This document shows positions 30,359 through 39,020 of a stretch of 64,000 nucleotides of DNA, in pieces. The notes beneath the pieces are model-generated. The model was not told where the DNA came from. It saw only the letters and a program-made list of their open reading frames with translations, and did not search any database. The DNA is from Muribaculum sp. (lineage in GTDB: Bacteria; Bacillota; Clostridia; Lachnospirales; Lachnospiraceae). The stretch lies in NCBI GenBank assembly GCA_023663505.1, contig JAMPHH010000011.1, forward strand, positions 1,747 to 65,746, written 5' to 3'. Position numbers and translations under genes: made by a program. Within the stretch, counting starts at the first letter, position 1. Each line of letters begins with the position of its first letter.

Positions 30359-30389
30359 AAATAATCTTAGGAGAAGGGGTGTAAGGGCT

Positions 30390-30797
30390 ATGAAAAAGTT
30401 AAGTAATCAGGGATTTTCCCTTGTAGAGTTGATCATCGTGATTGCGATTATGGCGGTGCTGATGGGGATTCTTGCGCCACAGCTCGTGAAATATGTGGAG
30501 CAGTCGCGCAGACAAACAGATGAATCCATGCTTGATGAAGTTAAAAACGCAACACAGCTGGCATTGAGCGATGAGGCGGTTTATAGTGATCCGCTGACGG
30601 ACGGCGCAAGCGTGGTGATCTCTGACGGCGCAAAGGTAACGTCAACCTCGCCTTCCCTTCAGACCGAGATACAAAAGACCGTGCCGGATACGATTACTTA
30701 TAGCTCGCAATATTATAGGATGCGGGGCGGCGAGTCTATCACGGTTACATATATCGTTCCCTATCAGACGTATGTGCTTGACCCCTCTTGGGATTAA
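30390..30797 (+). CDS. Type IV pilin / pseudopilin with a class III signal peptide
   Basis: MKKLSNQG|FSLVELIIVIAIMAVLMGILAP prepilin cleavage/methylation motif with Glu5. Confidence 0.88.
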   Translation: MKKLSNQGFSLVELIIVIAIMAVLMGILAPQLVKYVEQSRRQTDESMLDEVKNATQLALSDEAVYSDPLTDGASVVISDGAKVTSTSPSLQTEIQKTVPDTITYSSQYYRMRGGESITVTYIVPYQTYVLDPSWD

Positions 30798-30884
30798 AGC
30801 CATCTGATCAGGGCTTATTGAGTAGAGCCATTTGATTAGGGCTTCTTGACTACAGCCCTTTGATCAGAGCTTCTTGATTACAGC
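30798..30884. repeat. Three 28-bp degenerate tandem repeats
   Basis: AGCCATCTGATCAGGGCTTATTGAGTAG / AGCCATTTGATTAGGGCTTCTTGACTAC / AGCCCTTTGATCAGAGCTTCTTGATTAC. Confidence 0.85.
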
Positions 30885-30885
30885 T

Positions 30886-31737
30886 TTATTGTATGGCGTT
30901 CACGATCTCTGCCGTGGTCTTGGGCTTGTTCATGGAATAGATATGGATACCGTCCACCCCGATCTGCTTCAAGTCCAAAATCTGGCGTATGCAGTAATCA
31001 ATGCCCGCCTTGCGCATATCCTCCGCGTTATCGCTGTATTTGGCGATAATGTCAGCCAATGCCTTGGGGACACTGGAGCCGGAGAGCGAGATGGTGGTGC
31101 CGATCTGATTGACCGTGGTGATGGGCATGATTCCTGCGTGGATGGGCAAGGTAATCCCTTTTTGCAGCGCGCGGTCGCGGAAGGTATAGAAGAAATCATT
31201 GTCAAAAAACATCTGTGTGATGAAAAATTCCGCACCGGCGTTCTGTTTTTGCTTCAAATATTGTAAATCCGCTTCTAAGCTGAAGGATTCCGGATGCTTC
31301 TCGGGATAGCAGGCTCCTGCAATCTGCAGATCAGTATGCTCCTTCAGGAAGGCTATCATGTCACTCGCATGGGCGAAGTCTCTGGACTCGTACTGCTCGT
31401 CAGTCATATCTCTGGGGCGATCTCCCCGCAATGCCAAAACCCTTGAGACATTAGCGGTCTTCATCGCCTCATAGTTCCTGAGCAAATCCTCCTTCTTGCT
31501 GCCCACGCAGGTCATGTGGGCGAGGGCGGGGACGTGCAGGTCATTCTGTATATAGGAAGCGATATCGATGGTTTTCTTGGAGCGGCTGCCGCCTGCGCCG
31601 TAGGTCACGCTGATGAAGGCGGGATTCAGTGCGCTGAGTTTATTTAATACCTCCTTGGCGGAGTCGAACTCGTCATCTTTCTTTGGCGGGAACACCTCGA
31701 AGGAGAGCGTTTGATGGTAATGGGTGGTATTTGACAT
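30886..31737 (-). CDS. metF: 5,10-methylenetetrahydrofolate reductase
   Basis: SFEVFPPK, SVTYGAGG, AHMTC, LALRGD, ACYPEKH, ITQMFFD, HIYSMN. Confidence 0.93.
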   Translation of the reverse strand: MSNTTHYHQTLSFEVFPPKKDDEFDSAKEVLNKLSALNPAFISVTYGAGGSRSKKTIDIASYIQNDLHVPALAHMTCVGSKKEDLLRNYEAMKTANVSRVLALRGDRPRDMTDEQYESRDFAHASDMIAFLKEHTDLQIAGACYPEKHPESFSLEADLQYLKQKQNAGAEFFITQMFFDNDFFYTFRDRALQKGITLPIHAGIMPITTVNQIGTTISLSGSSVPKALADIIAKYSDNAEDMRKAGIDYCIRQILDLKQIGVDGIHIYSMNKPKTTAEIVNAIQ

Positions 31738-31783
31738 AGCCTGTACCTCGTTTCTGTATATTATGTATTGCATTCATTGCACC

Positions 31784-31812
31784 ATTTTATCATTGTGCAG
31801 ATGTTTTTTCAA
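31784..31812 (-). promoter_or_regulatory. SigA promoter of metF
   Basis: Minus strand TTGAAA-N17-TAAAAT with extended TG. Confidence 0.55.
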
Positions 31813-31952
31813 GTGCCGCATTGTCTGTTTTTGGATTCTGATTTTGGGATTGGTGTTTTGAGTCCGTAGCGGATAAAATGTGATTGCTTTCATGGCAGAA
31901 AAAAGATATATTATATTTATGTGGAAGGGCATGTGCCGGAGAGAGGTGAGCT

Positions 31953-33653
31953 ATGGCCAGAACGATAGGAATAGGCAATCAGAACTTTGAGACAATCCGG
32001 AAAGAGGGATATTTTTATATAGATAAAAGCGGGTTCATACAGGAGTGGTGGGAAAGCGGAGACAGCGTCACGCTGATCACTCGTCCCCGACGTTTTGGCA
32101 AGACTCTGAATATGAGCATGGTGGAGCAGTTCTTCTCTGTCAATTATGCCGGACGTGGCGAGCTTTTTGAGGGGCTTTCCATCTGGCAGGAGGAAAAGTA
32201 TCGCCGGATACAGGGGACATACCCCGTAATTGCACTCAGCTTTGCGGAGGTGAAGGAGAATACTTATCAGGGCGCCAGACAAAGAATCTGTGAGATTCTT
32301 ATGGATTTGTTTAATCAGTTTAGCTTTCTGGCAAATAGCGAAAGGCTGAGTGAGAATGAGAAAAGGATATATCAGCAGTTCTCGATGGGCACGGGGGAGC
32401 GTATGGAAGCAGGCGCTCTAAAAACGTTGTCCAATTACCTGATGAAGCATTATGGCAAAAAGGTTATCATTCTGTTAGATGAGTATGACACGCCCATGCA
32501 GGAGGCATATGTAGAGGGGTATTGGGATGAAATGACAGCTTTTACCAGAGGGTTGTTCCATGCGGCTTTCAAGACCAATCCTTATATGGAGCGTGCCCTT
32601 ATGACCGGAATCACTCGTGTGAGCAAGGAGTCCATGTTTTCGGATTTGAATAATCTGGAGGTGGTGACGACAACCTCGGAAAAGTATGCATGTAGCTTTG
32701 GGTTCACCGAAGAGGAGGTGTTTGCCGCACTGGAGGAATATGGTCTGGCAGATCAAAAACAGAAGGTCAAGGACTGGTATGACGGATTTTCCTTTGGCAG
32801 CAGGCGGGATATATATAATCCGTGGTCTATCATCAGCTTTCTTGACAAGAGGAGGGTGGGAGCCTATTGGGTCAACACCAGCTCTAACAGGTTGGTCAGT
32901 AAGCTCCTAAGGGAGGGGAATATTGACATCAAGAAGACCTTTGAAAAGCTGCTAAACGGCGGTACGTTTGAAGTGGAGATAGACGAGCAGATCGCTTATG
33001 ATCAGCTTTCCACAAAGAAGAACGCTATATGGAGTCTGCTGCTTGCGAGCGGCTATCTGAGGGTTTTAAGTACGGCGTTCGTGGAGAGGACAGGACGCAG
33101 ATATTATGAGCTTACGCTGATTAACAGGGAAGTGTGTATCATGTTTGAGGATATCGTGCGGGACTGGTTTGCCGAGAATGACTATTATAATGACTTTATC
33201 AAGGCGCTTTTGCTTGGGGACGTGGAGGCGATGAATACTTACATGAACCGGGTGACAAGGGAGATGTTTAGTTATTTTGATGCGGGAAAGAATCCTGATA
33301 ATGAGCCGGAGAGGTTTTACCACGGGTTTGTTTTGGGGTTGATGGTGGAATTGTCAGATCGTTATATTATTACATCTAACCGAGAGAGTGGGTCCGAACG
33401 AGCAAGCTCGTTCGGAAGATATGACGTAATGTTGGAGCCTAGGGATATGGTTGGGGATGATGCTGTTATTATGGAGTTTAAGGTACAGGGCAGGAAGGAA
33501 AGCGGATTGGCTGACACGGTAGCTGAGGCTTTGCGGCAGATTAGGGAGAAGGATTATCGAGCTGCGCTGGTGGCAAGGGGGATTCCGGAGGAGCGTATAA
33601 GGGAGTATGGATTTGCCTTTTGTGGGAAAGAGGTGTTGATTGGCAGCGGGTGA
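31953..33653 (+). CDS. AAA-ATPase-like protein with a C-terminal PD-(D/E)XK nuclease domain (DUF1703-type)
   Basis: YIDKS, TRPRRFGKTLN.SM (Walker A), LLDEYDTP (Walker B), WYDG, YNPWS, ERFYHGF, SNRESG..GRYD, MEFK. Confidence 0.9.
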   Translation: MARTIGIGNQNFETIRKEGYFYIDKSGFIQEWWESGDSVTLITRPRRFGKTLNMSMVEQFFSVNYAGRGELFEGLSIWQEEKYRRIQGTYPVIALSFAEVKENTYQGARQRICEILMDLFNQFSFLANSERLSENEKRIYQQFSMGTGERMEAGALKTLSNYLMKHYGKKVIILLDEYDTPMQEAYVEGYWDEMTAFTRGLFHAAFKTNPYMERALMTGITRVSKESMFSDLNNLEVVTTTSEKYACSFGFTEEEVFAALEEYGLADQKQKVKDWYDGFSFGSRRDIYNPWSIISFLDKRRVGAYWVNTSSNRLVSKLLREGNIDIKKTFEKLLNGGTFEVEIDEQIAYDQLSTKKNAIWSLLLASGYLRVLSTAFVERTGRRYYELTLINREVCIMFEDIVRDWFAENDYYNDFIKALLLGDVEAMNTYMNRVTREMFSYFDAGKNPDNEPERFYHGFVLGLMVELSDRYIITSNRESGSERASSFGRYDVMLEPRDMVGDDAVIMEFKVQGRKESGLADTVAEALRQIREKDYRAALVARGIPEERIREYGFAFCGKEVLIGSG

Positions 33654-33776
33654 GGTAGGTGGGGAAAGGCGTAAGCTTGCGGGGAGGTATGGGGGAAATT
33701 ATTTTATTGGTGAATTATTGCGGTGGAATTGGGTGATTGCAGGTTAGTGTTGATTTTTTAACTATTATCAGGTAAT

Positions 33777-34193
33777 ATTAATCGATTGAAATATATGGAT
33801 CGCCGAGGTAGCGGCTTTAAGAAAATACTGGATTCCTATGAATTTCAGGAACATTATACAAAAGAAATGAAACTGGAATTTAAGTCAAACAATAGCGAAT
33901 TTTGGCTGATATTTAAAAACTTGAATTATACTGCTGGAAATATTGACAAGGGTTTATCTGTTAAAAATTCCGATAAAAAAGTGCCGATAAAGACGGAGCA
34001 GCAGTTGGAAAAGATACTTCAATATCTATCGGAACAATCGGAATGTTCTTGTGGAGATATTTGTAAGCTTTTAGATATAAAAGAACGTAGGGCAAGGCAA
34101 CTGCATCAGGAGTTACAGGAGCAAGAAAAAGTTGAATCCTATGGAGTAGGAGTTTTATCTTTTGACTATCTTTTGAAAATTTTCAAAACTTAA
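33777..34193 (+). pseudogene. Fragment of an ATP-binding/RecG-C-like regulator with a C-terminal HTH
   Basis: Visibly AT-rich; RLKYMDRRGSGFKKI motif and HTH-like GDICKLLDIKERRARQL; no N-terminal domain; 3' end runs into the TATCTTTTGA array. Confidence 0.55.
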
Positions 34194-34262
34194 GAAAAAA
34201 GATGGAAAACCATTGATTTTAGGCGATGTTTATCTTTTGACTATCTTTTGATTATCTTTTGA
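34156..34262. promoter_or_regulatory. Array of five TATCTTTTGA direct repeats with an 11-bp period
   Basis: Copies at 34156, 34167, 34231, 34242 and 34253, just upstream of the cooC-like gene. Confidence 0.7.
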
Positions 34263-34302
34263 AAAATACATGTATGACCTACATCGAAGGAGGCGGGACA
34301 TT

Positions 34303-35055
34303 ATGAGCATTATAGCACTTACGGGAAAGGGCGGCGTGGGGAAGACTTCTCTGGCGGCGGTGATCGTCAAGCTGTTGGTGGAGGCGTATCCCGACAAGAA
34401 AATACTTGCCATTGACGCAGACCCCGCGGTGGGGCTTGCCACGGCGTTGGGGGTGGAGGTATCCATGACGATTGACGATATCCGAAAGACAGTGATCTCT
34501 ACCGTGGAGAACGGGGATACCAAGTCGGTGGCGGAGCTTTTGGGGGAGGCAAAATACATGATCACGGACGCCATGGCGGAGAAGAACGGTTTTGCCTTTA
34601 TCGCGATTGGGAGACCCGAGGGAGCGGGCTGTTATTGCAAGATCAATTCCTATCTGAAGGAGGTGATTCAGATGGTGTCCGATAACTTCGATTACGTGGT
34701 GATCGACGGGGAGGCGGGGATAGAGCAGGTGAACCGACGGGTTATGGAGAAGGTGACGCATCTTTTGTTGGTGACGGACACCAGCAAGAAGGGAACCCAA
34801 GTCGTCCAAACGATCTATCGGGTGGCAAGGGAGCTTGTGATGTATGAGAAAGCGGGAGTGATCGTCAATCACGTGGCGGACGAATCCGTGAAGGAATACA
34901 TAGACACGGGAGAGCTGCCTGTCCTTAGCTTTATTCCGGCGGACAGTAATCTTACCGCCTTTGACCTGACGGGCAGGGACGTGTTTGACATACCGAAGGA
35001 TTCCCCGATTGTGGAGGGAGCTAAGCGGGCGCTTAGGGAGATTGGAGTCCTCTAA
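34303..35055 (+). CDS. CooC/AcsF-family nickel-insertion ATPase (MinD/SIMIBI)
   Basis: Deviant Walker A GKGGVGKT, IDADP, GRPEGAGCYC (CxC metal motif), IDGEAGIE; RBS AAGGAGG. Confidence 0.88.
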   Translation: MSIIALTGKGGVGKTSLAAVIVKLLVEAYPDKKILAIDADPAVGLATALGVEVSMTIDDIRKTVISTVENGDTKSVAELLGEAKYMITDAMAEKNGFAFIAIGRPEGAGCYCKINSYLKEVIQMVSDNFDYVVIDGEAGIEQVNRRVMEKVTHLLLVTDTSKKGTQVVQTIYRVARELVMYEKAGVIVNHVADESVKEYIDTGELPVLSFIPADSNLTAFDLTGRDVFDIPKDSPIVEGAKRALREIGVL

Positions 35056-35101
35056 GAGAGGTGCGGAAAGAATATAAAAACAAACAGGAACAGGAGCGAA
35101 C

Positions 35102-36286
35102 GTGAAGGATTTAAAGCATTTATACTACTTAGAAAAATTACTGCAGGAAGCCAACAATGAGCTGGTGCGGGAGGCGTCGGCGGAGGGGCGGATCGCCATA
35201 GGGGGCGTTTGCGCCCAGATTCCGGAGCCGCTGTTGAATCTGCCGGGGTGTTTTCAGGTGCGGCTGCGCGCGCCGAGGACAGGCTCCGTGGAGATGGGGA
35301 CTTATTACATGTCCAGTATTCTATGCGAGTGCTGTCGGGCGATTGTGGAGCGGGCATTGGAGGGCGGTTATCAGTTCTTGGACTGTATCGTCGCGCCGGA
35401 CGCCTGTGCCCAAATGAATCGCTGCGTGGAGAATATTGAGCATCTAAACCTCTGCGAGAAGGAGCGATTCTTCGTGACGTATGCGGACGTGCCTATGAAG
35501 TCCACGGGCACTGCTTTGAAGCATTATGTGAAACAGATGCGGGTGCATGTATTGGAACCCCTGCGAGAGCATTATGACATTGATGTCAGTGACGGGGCTA
35601 TACGCAGGGCAGTGGCGCTTCAAAACGAGGTGAGCCGTCTGATACGTGAGATTGGGGAATATCGGAAGGAGGCGAATCCGCGCATCACGGGTTATGAGTT
35701 TACGGTGCTGTGTCTGTCCACCTATTGCTGTCCCCAAGACAAGCTGTTGGATATCCTGCGGGAGACGGCGGGGGAGTTGAAGTCAAGGGAGCCGGACAGG
35801 AAGCCCGCGTTTCGGGCGCGGGTGGTCTTGGCGGGCTCTGAGATAGACGATCCGGAGCTGATACGGCTGATAGAGGAGGCGGGAGCTTTGGTGGTGGCTG
35901 ACAGGTATTGTCTGGGTTCTTTGCCGAACAGGGGGAACATCCTGCTGACGGACGAGGAGGATGCGCTGACACAGGTCTGCCGGACTTACATTCAGTGGGG
36001 GCAGTGTCCCCGCTTTATGAACACGGAGAAGCTTGTGGAGCGTCAGACCTACATAGACCGTCTGATAAAGGAGTATCAGGCAGACGGGATCATATTGCAG
36101 CAGTTGAAATTCTGTGATTACTGGGGCTATGAGCGGGCGCATCTGACTCATGTGCTGAGGGAGGACTACGGTGTTCCCGTGCTGTCCGTGGACAGACCCT
36201 ATGTGGCGGGCAATTCGGGGCAGCTTCGCACCAGAGTGCAGGCATTTGTGGAGAGCATAGAGATCAAGCGGTTGGGGAAACGCTGA
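35102..36286 (+). CDS. 2-hydroxyacyl-CoA dehydratase / benzoyl-CoA reductase family subunit (HgdB/FldC-like)
   Basis: PEPLL, SILCECC, DACAQM, VVADRYC, QCPR, KFCDYWGYE, GQLRTRVQAFVE; GTG start. Confidence 0.88.
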   Translation: MKDLKHLYYLEKLLQEANNELVREASAEGRIAIGGVCAQIPEPLLNLPGCFQVRLRAPRTGSVEMGTYYMSSILCECCRAIVERALEGGYQFLDCIVAPDACAQMNRCVENIEHLNLCEKERFFVTYADVPMKSTGTALKHYVKQMRVHVLEPLREHYDIDVSDGAIRRAVALQNEVSRLIREIGEYRKEANPRITGYEFTVLCLSTYCCPQDKLLDILRETAGELKSREPDRKPAFRARVVLAGSEIDDPELIRLIEEAGALVVADRYCLGSLPNRGNILLTDEEDALTQVCRTYIQWGQCPRFMNTEKLVERQTYIDRLIKEYQADGIILQQLKFCDYWGYERAHLTHVLREDYGVPVLSVDRPYVAGNSGQLRTRVQAFVESIEIKRLGKR

Positions 36287-36385
36287 TGAAAGCATTTCCC
36301 GTGTCAAGGGTTCTGAGGGAGTGTTGACTTGGCACATGGCTTGTGGGAATAAACAAGCCGTAAGAGCGGCGGAATGAGAGGAAGT

Positions 36386-37924
36386 ATGGGTAAGCAAATG
36401 GGAAGCGAGCCGCTGGGGTGGTTTTACAGCGGCAAGAAGGCAAAGAAGCGTCGGGAATGGCGCGGTTTAAGGGACACATGGTATGATTACACCAGATGGC
36501 TCTACATATGGAAAACGCTGATATGCTTTATGATAAAGCCTAATAATCTGCGGGGATTTTTCCGATATCGGTGGATGTTAAACTATCTGGCGGTGCCTGA
36601 TTTCTTTGACAGGCATACGGAAGGGATGCGCGGGACACAGCTTCGTATCGCTCACACGGGATTGGAGCTGATCGTGGTGGACGTGTGCGAGATGCTCAGG
36701 AAGATTTTCCGTGCCGACCCGCGCATCGGGAATGATAAGAAGCTTAACAGCAAGATTGTCTTGTTTGACGAGAATATGATGAGTACCCTGATGGCGGGCT
36801 TCCCGAACCTGATCTGGCTGTCGGCGGAGGTTCCTGCGGTGTATTCCAGTTCCATGATGAATCAGGAGGGTGTGACTCATTATATTGAGAAGACCATGGA
36901 GTACGGCGTGCCGGGGGACGTGTGTCCTATGCCTGCGGCGGAGCTTGGGGTGGCGCTTACGGAGGATTTTCCTTTGATCGGAAAATGCGCGGTGCAGTGC
37001 AACACTACCTGCGACGGGAGTCTGATGGGTAACGGTATCGAGGCGGAGAGCTTTAAGATTCCCACGTTTCAGCTTGCCGTGCCCATTCGACATACACAGG
37101 AGAGCGTGCAGGAGTACGGGGCGGACGAGCTGCGGGATTGTATCGCCTTTATCGAGGAGCAGACGGGGGAGAAGTTTGACTGGGACAATTTCTTCCGCTG
37201 TATGGAGCGTTTTAATCAGGAGACGGAGCAGATGTTGGAGTGGTTCGAGATCTCCAAGACGGATTACCCGCAGGTGATCGGCGTGAGTCTGGCGCTGTAC
37301 CGTTATGGGGTTTATCAGGCGGCAGGCGGGCGCAATCCGGAATTTTTGAACAGGGACAGGAAGATTACGGAGCTTGCAATGAAAGCTTATCAGAAGAAGG
37401 AGCTGACGATTCCGCAGCCCCGCCACAGGTGTATCACATGGGGCGTGCAGGCGGCATATTACACCGCATTTCCCATCTGGCTGCAGAATTGCTGGGGCAT
37501 CGTGCCTATCACGGATATGCTGAGTCTGGTGTCCACCCAGATGGTCAACACCGAGGATAAGGATCAGGCGATGTTGGATTTGGCGTATTTATACGAAAAT
37601 ATGATCATGCGCAACCGCTCCAACGGCGGGTACGAGATGGGTGTGGAGGCGCTTTGGCGGTACTGCGAGATGTTCCGCGTGGATATGGTGATCATGTACG
37701 CCCATATGGGCTGTAAGGCGATGAACGGATATCACGGGCTGTTCGAGGAGGAAGCGAGAAAGCGGGGGATTCATTTTATCTGGGTCAACCACAACCTGAT
37801 GAAGCCGGACGATGCCAGCAGGAAGGACATGCGCACGGAGGTGAACCGATATATGCGCGCGGTGCTCAGAGAGGAGCCGTTAGACCCAAGCTTGGAGGAT
37901 TTTGAGGACGGGACGGCGTTCTAA
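36386..37924 (+). CDS. 2-hydroxyacyl-CoA dehydratase family subunit (HgdA-like) with a long N-terminal extension
   Basis: GDVCP, NTTCDG and HMGCK (three putative [4Fe-4S] Cys); FIEEQTGEKFDWD. Confidence 0.82.
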   Translation: MGKQMGSEPLGWFYSGKKAKKRREWRGLRDTWYDYTRWLYIWKTLICFMIKPNNLRGFFRYRWMLNYLAVPDFFDRHTEGMRGTQLRIAHTGLELIVVDVCEMLRKIFRADPRIGNDKKLNSKIVLFDENMMSTLMAGFPNLIWLSAEVPAVYSSSMMNQEGVTHYIEKTMEYGVPGDVCPMPAAELGVALTEDFPLIGKCAVQCNTTCDGSLMGNGIEAESFKIPTFQLAVPIRHTQESVQEYGADELRDCIAFIEEQTGEKFDWDNFFRCMERFNQETEQMLEWFEISKTDYPQVIGVSLALYRYGVYQAAGGRNPEFLNRDRKITELAMKAYQKKELTIPQPRHRCITWGVQAAYYTAFPIWLQNCWGIVPITDMLSLVSTQMVNTEDKDQAMLDLAYLYENMIMRNRSNGGYEMGVEALWRYCEMFRVDMVIMYAHMGCKAMNGYHGLFEEEARKRGIHFIWVNHNLMKPDDASRKDMRTEVNRYMRAVLREEPLDPSLEDFEDGTAF

Positions 37925-37957
37925 GTCGGGAGAAAAATAGGGAAAGGGGAATGACAA

Positions 37958-38752
37958 ATGCGATATTTTGGAGGCTGTGATTCGGGAAGCACCTATACCA
38001 AATGTGTGATTTTGGACGAGAACGGCAAAATCGCTGCGGCGGTGACGCAAAAGAGCCGCATCAATCCTGTGCTGAGCGCGCAGGACGCGCTGAATGCGGC
38101 TGTGGCGCAGGTGGAGGAGCTTCATAGCGCGGAGGACTTGACCTATCTGGTGGGAACGGGCTATGGGCGCAACAAGGTGCCCTTTGCCCAAGAGAATATT
38201 TCCGAGATAAGCTGTCATGCCATGGGGGTGCATGTGGTGAATCCCGATGTGAGGGCGATCATCGATATCGGCGGGCAGGACGTGAAGGGAATCACGGTCG
38301 ATACTGACGGGACGGTGTTGAATTTTGCCATGAATGACAAATGCGCGGCGGGGACGGGACGCTTCTTTGAGACCATGGCGAATGCCTTCGAGATGTCGCT
38401 TGAGGAGTTTTCCAAGCTTTCGCTCAAGGCAAAGAACGTGATACCTATCACGTCGCAGTGTACGGTGTTTGCAGAGAGCGAGGTAATCTCACTGGTGGGG
38501 GACGGACAGCCTATGGAGGAGATAGCGGCGGGGATACAGACCGCCGTTGCCAAGAGATGTTTTGTCATGGCAAAGAAGGCGGGCGCCACGGATAGTCTGG
38601 TGCTGACAGGAGGGTGCGCCAAGAATGCCGGATTGAAGCAGGCGATTGAACGGGTATTGAAGCTAAAGGTGATAGATTTGGACGTTGACCCTCAGCTTAT
38701 GGGAGCGTTGGGGGCGGCGGAATATGCCAGACAGAAAGGCGGGGCGGCATGA
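37958..38752 (+). CDS. ATP-dependent acyl-CoA dehydratase activase (HgdC/BadG ASKHA family)
   Basis: GCDSGSTYTK, GTGYGR, EISCHAMG, DIGGQDVK, MNDKCAAGTGRF, CTVFAESEV, TGG.AKN. Confidence 0.93.
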   Translation: MRYFGGCDSGSTYTKCVILDENGKIAAAVTQKSRINPVLSAQDALNAAVAQVEELHSAEDLTYLVGTGYGRNKVPFAQENISEISCHAMGVHVVNPDVRAIIDIGGQDVKGITVDTDGTVLNFAMNDKCAAGTGRFFETMANAFEMSLEEFSKLSLKAKNVIPITSQCTVFAESEVISLVGDGQPMEEIAAGIQTAVAKRCFVMAKKAGATDSLVLTGGCAKNAGLKQAIERVLKLKVIDLDVDPQLMGALGAAEYARQKGGAA

Positions 38753-38952
38753 TGGTCTTGAAGGTACTTATCATCGTTGGGATTGTGTTTGTGGCTCTCT
38801 TTGTCTTAAGCCTGATCATTTATTTTTTCAATTTGGACATGAAGGCGGCGGCAGCGATCATGCCTGTGTTCTCCAAGCATTATGACCGTGTGGACAGGAA
38901 AAAGAAGCGGCAAAAGGACAGTGTAAAGAAGGACAGTACGGACGGGGAATAA
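38749..38952 (+). CDS. Small membrane protein (67 aa)
   Basis: ATGA overlap with the activase stop; one long hydrophobic helix, YFFNLDMK motif, basic tail. Confidence 0.75.
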   Translation: MMVLKVLIIVGIVFVALFVLSLIIYFFNLDMKAAAAIMPVFSKHYDRVDRKKKRQKDSVKKDSTDGE

Positions 38953-39020
38953 AGCGCGGTTAAGCGGGCAGGGGAAACGTGTGACAGAGCGGTGGAATCG
39001 TAGAGCGGACGGGAAAAGCG

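Noticed and set aside
30798..30884. Possible mini-CRISPR of 28-bp repeats
   Set aside because: Units are directly adjacent with no spacers.
31738..31950. SAM riboswitch or T-box upstream of metF
   Set aside because: The promoter lies ~45 bp from the ATG, leaving no room, and no S-box or T-box motifs were seen.
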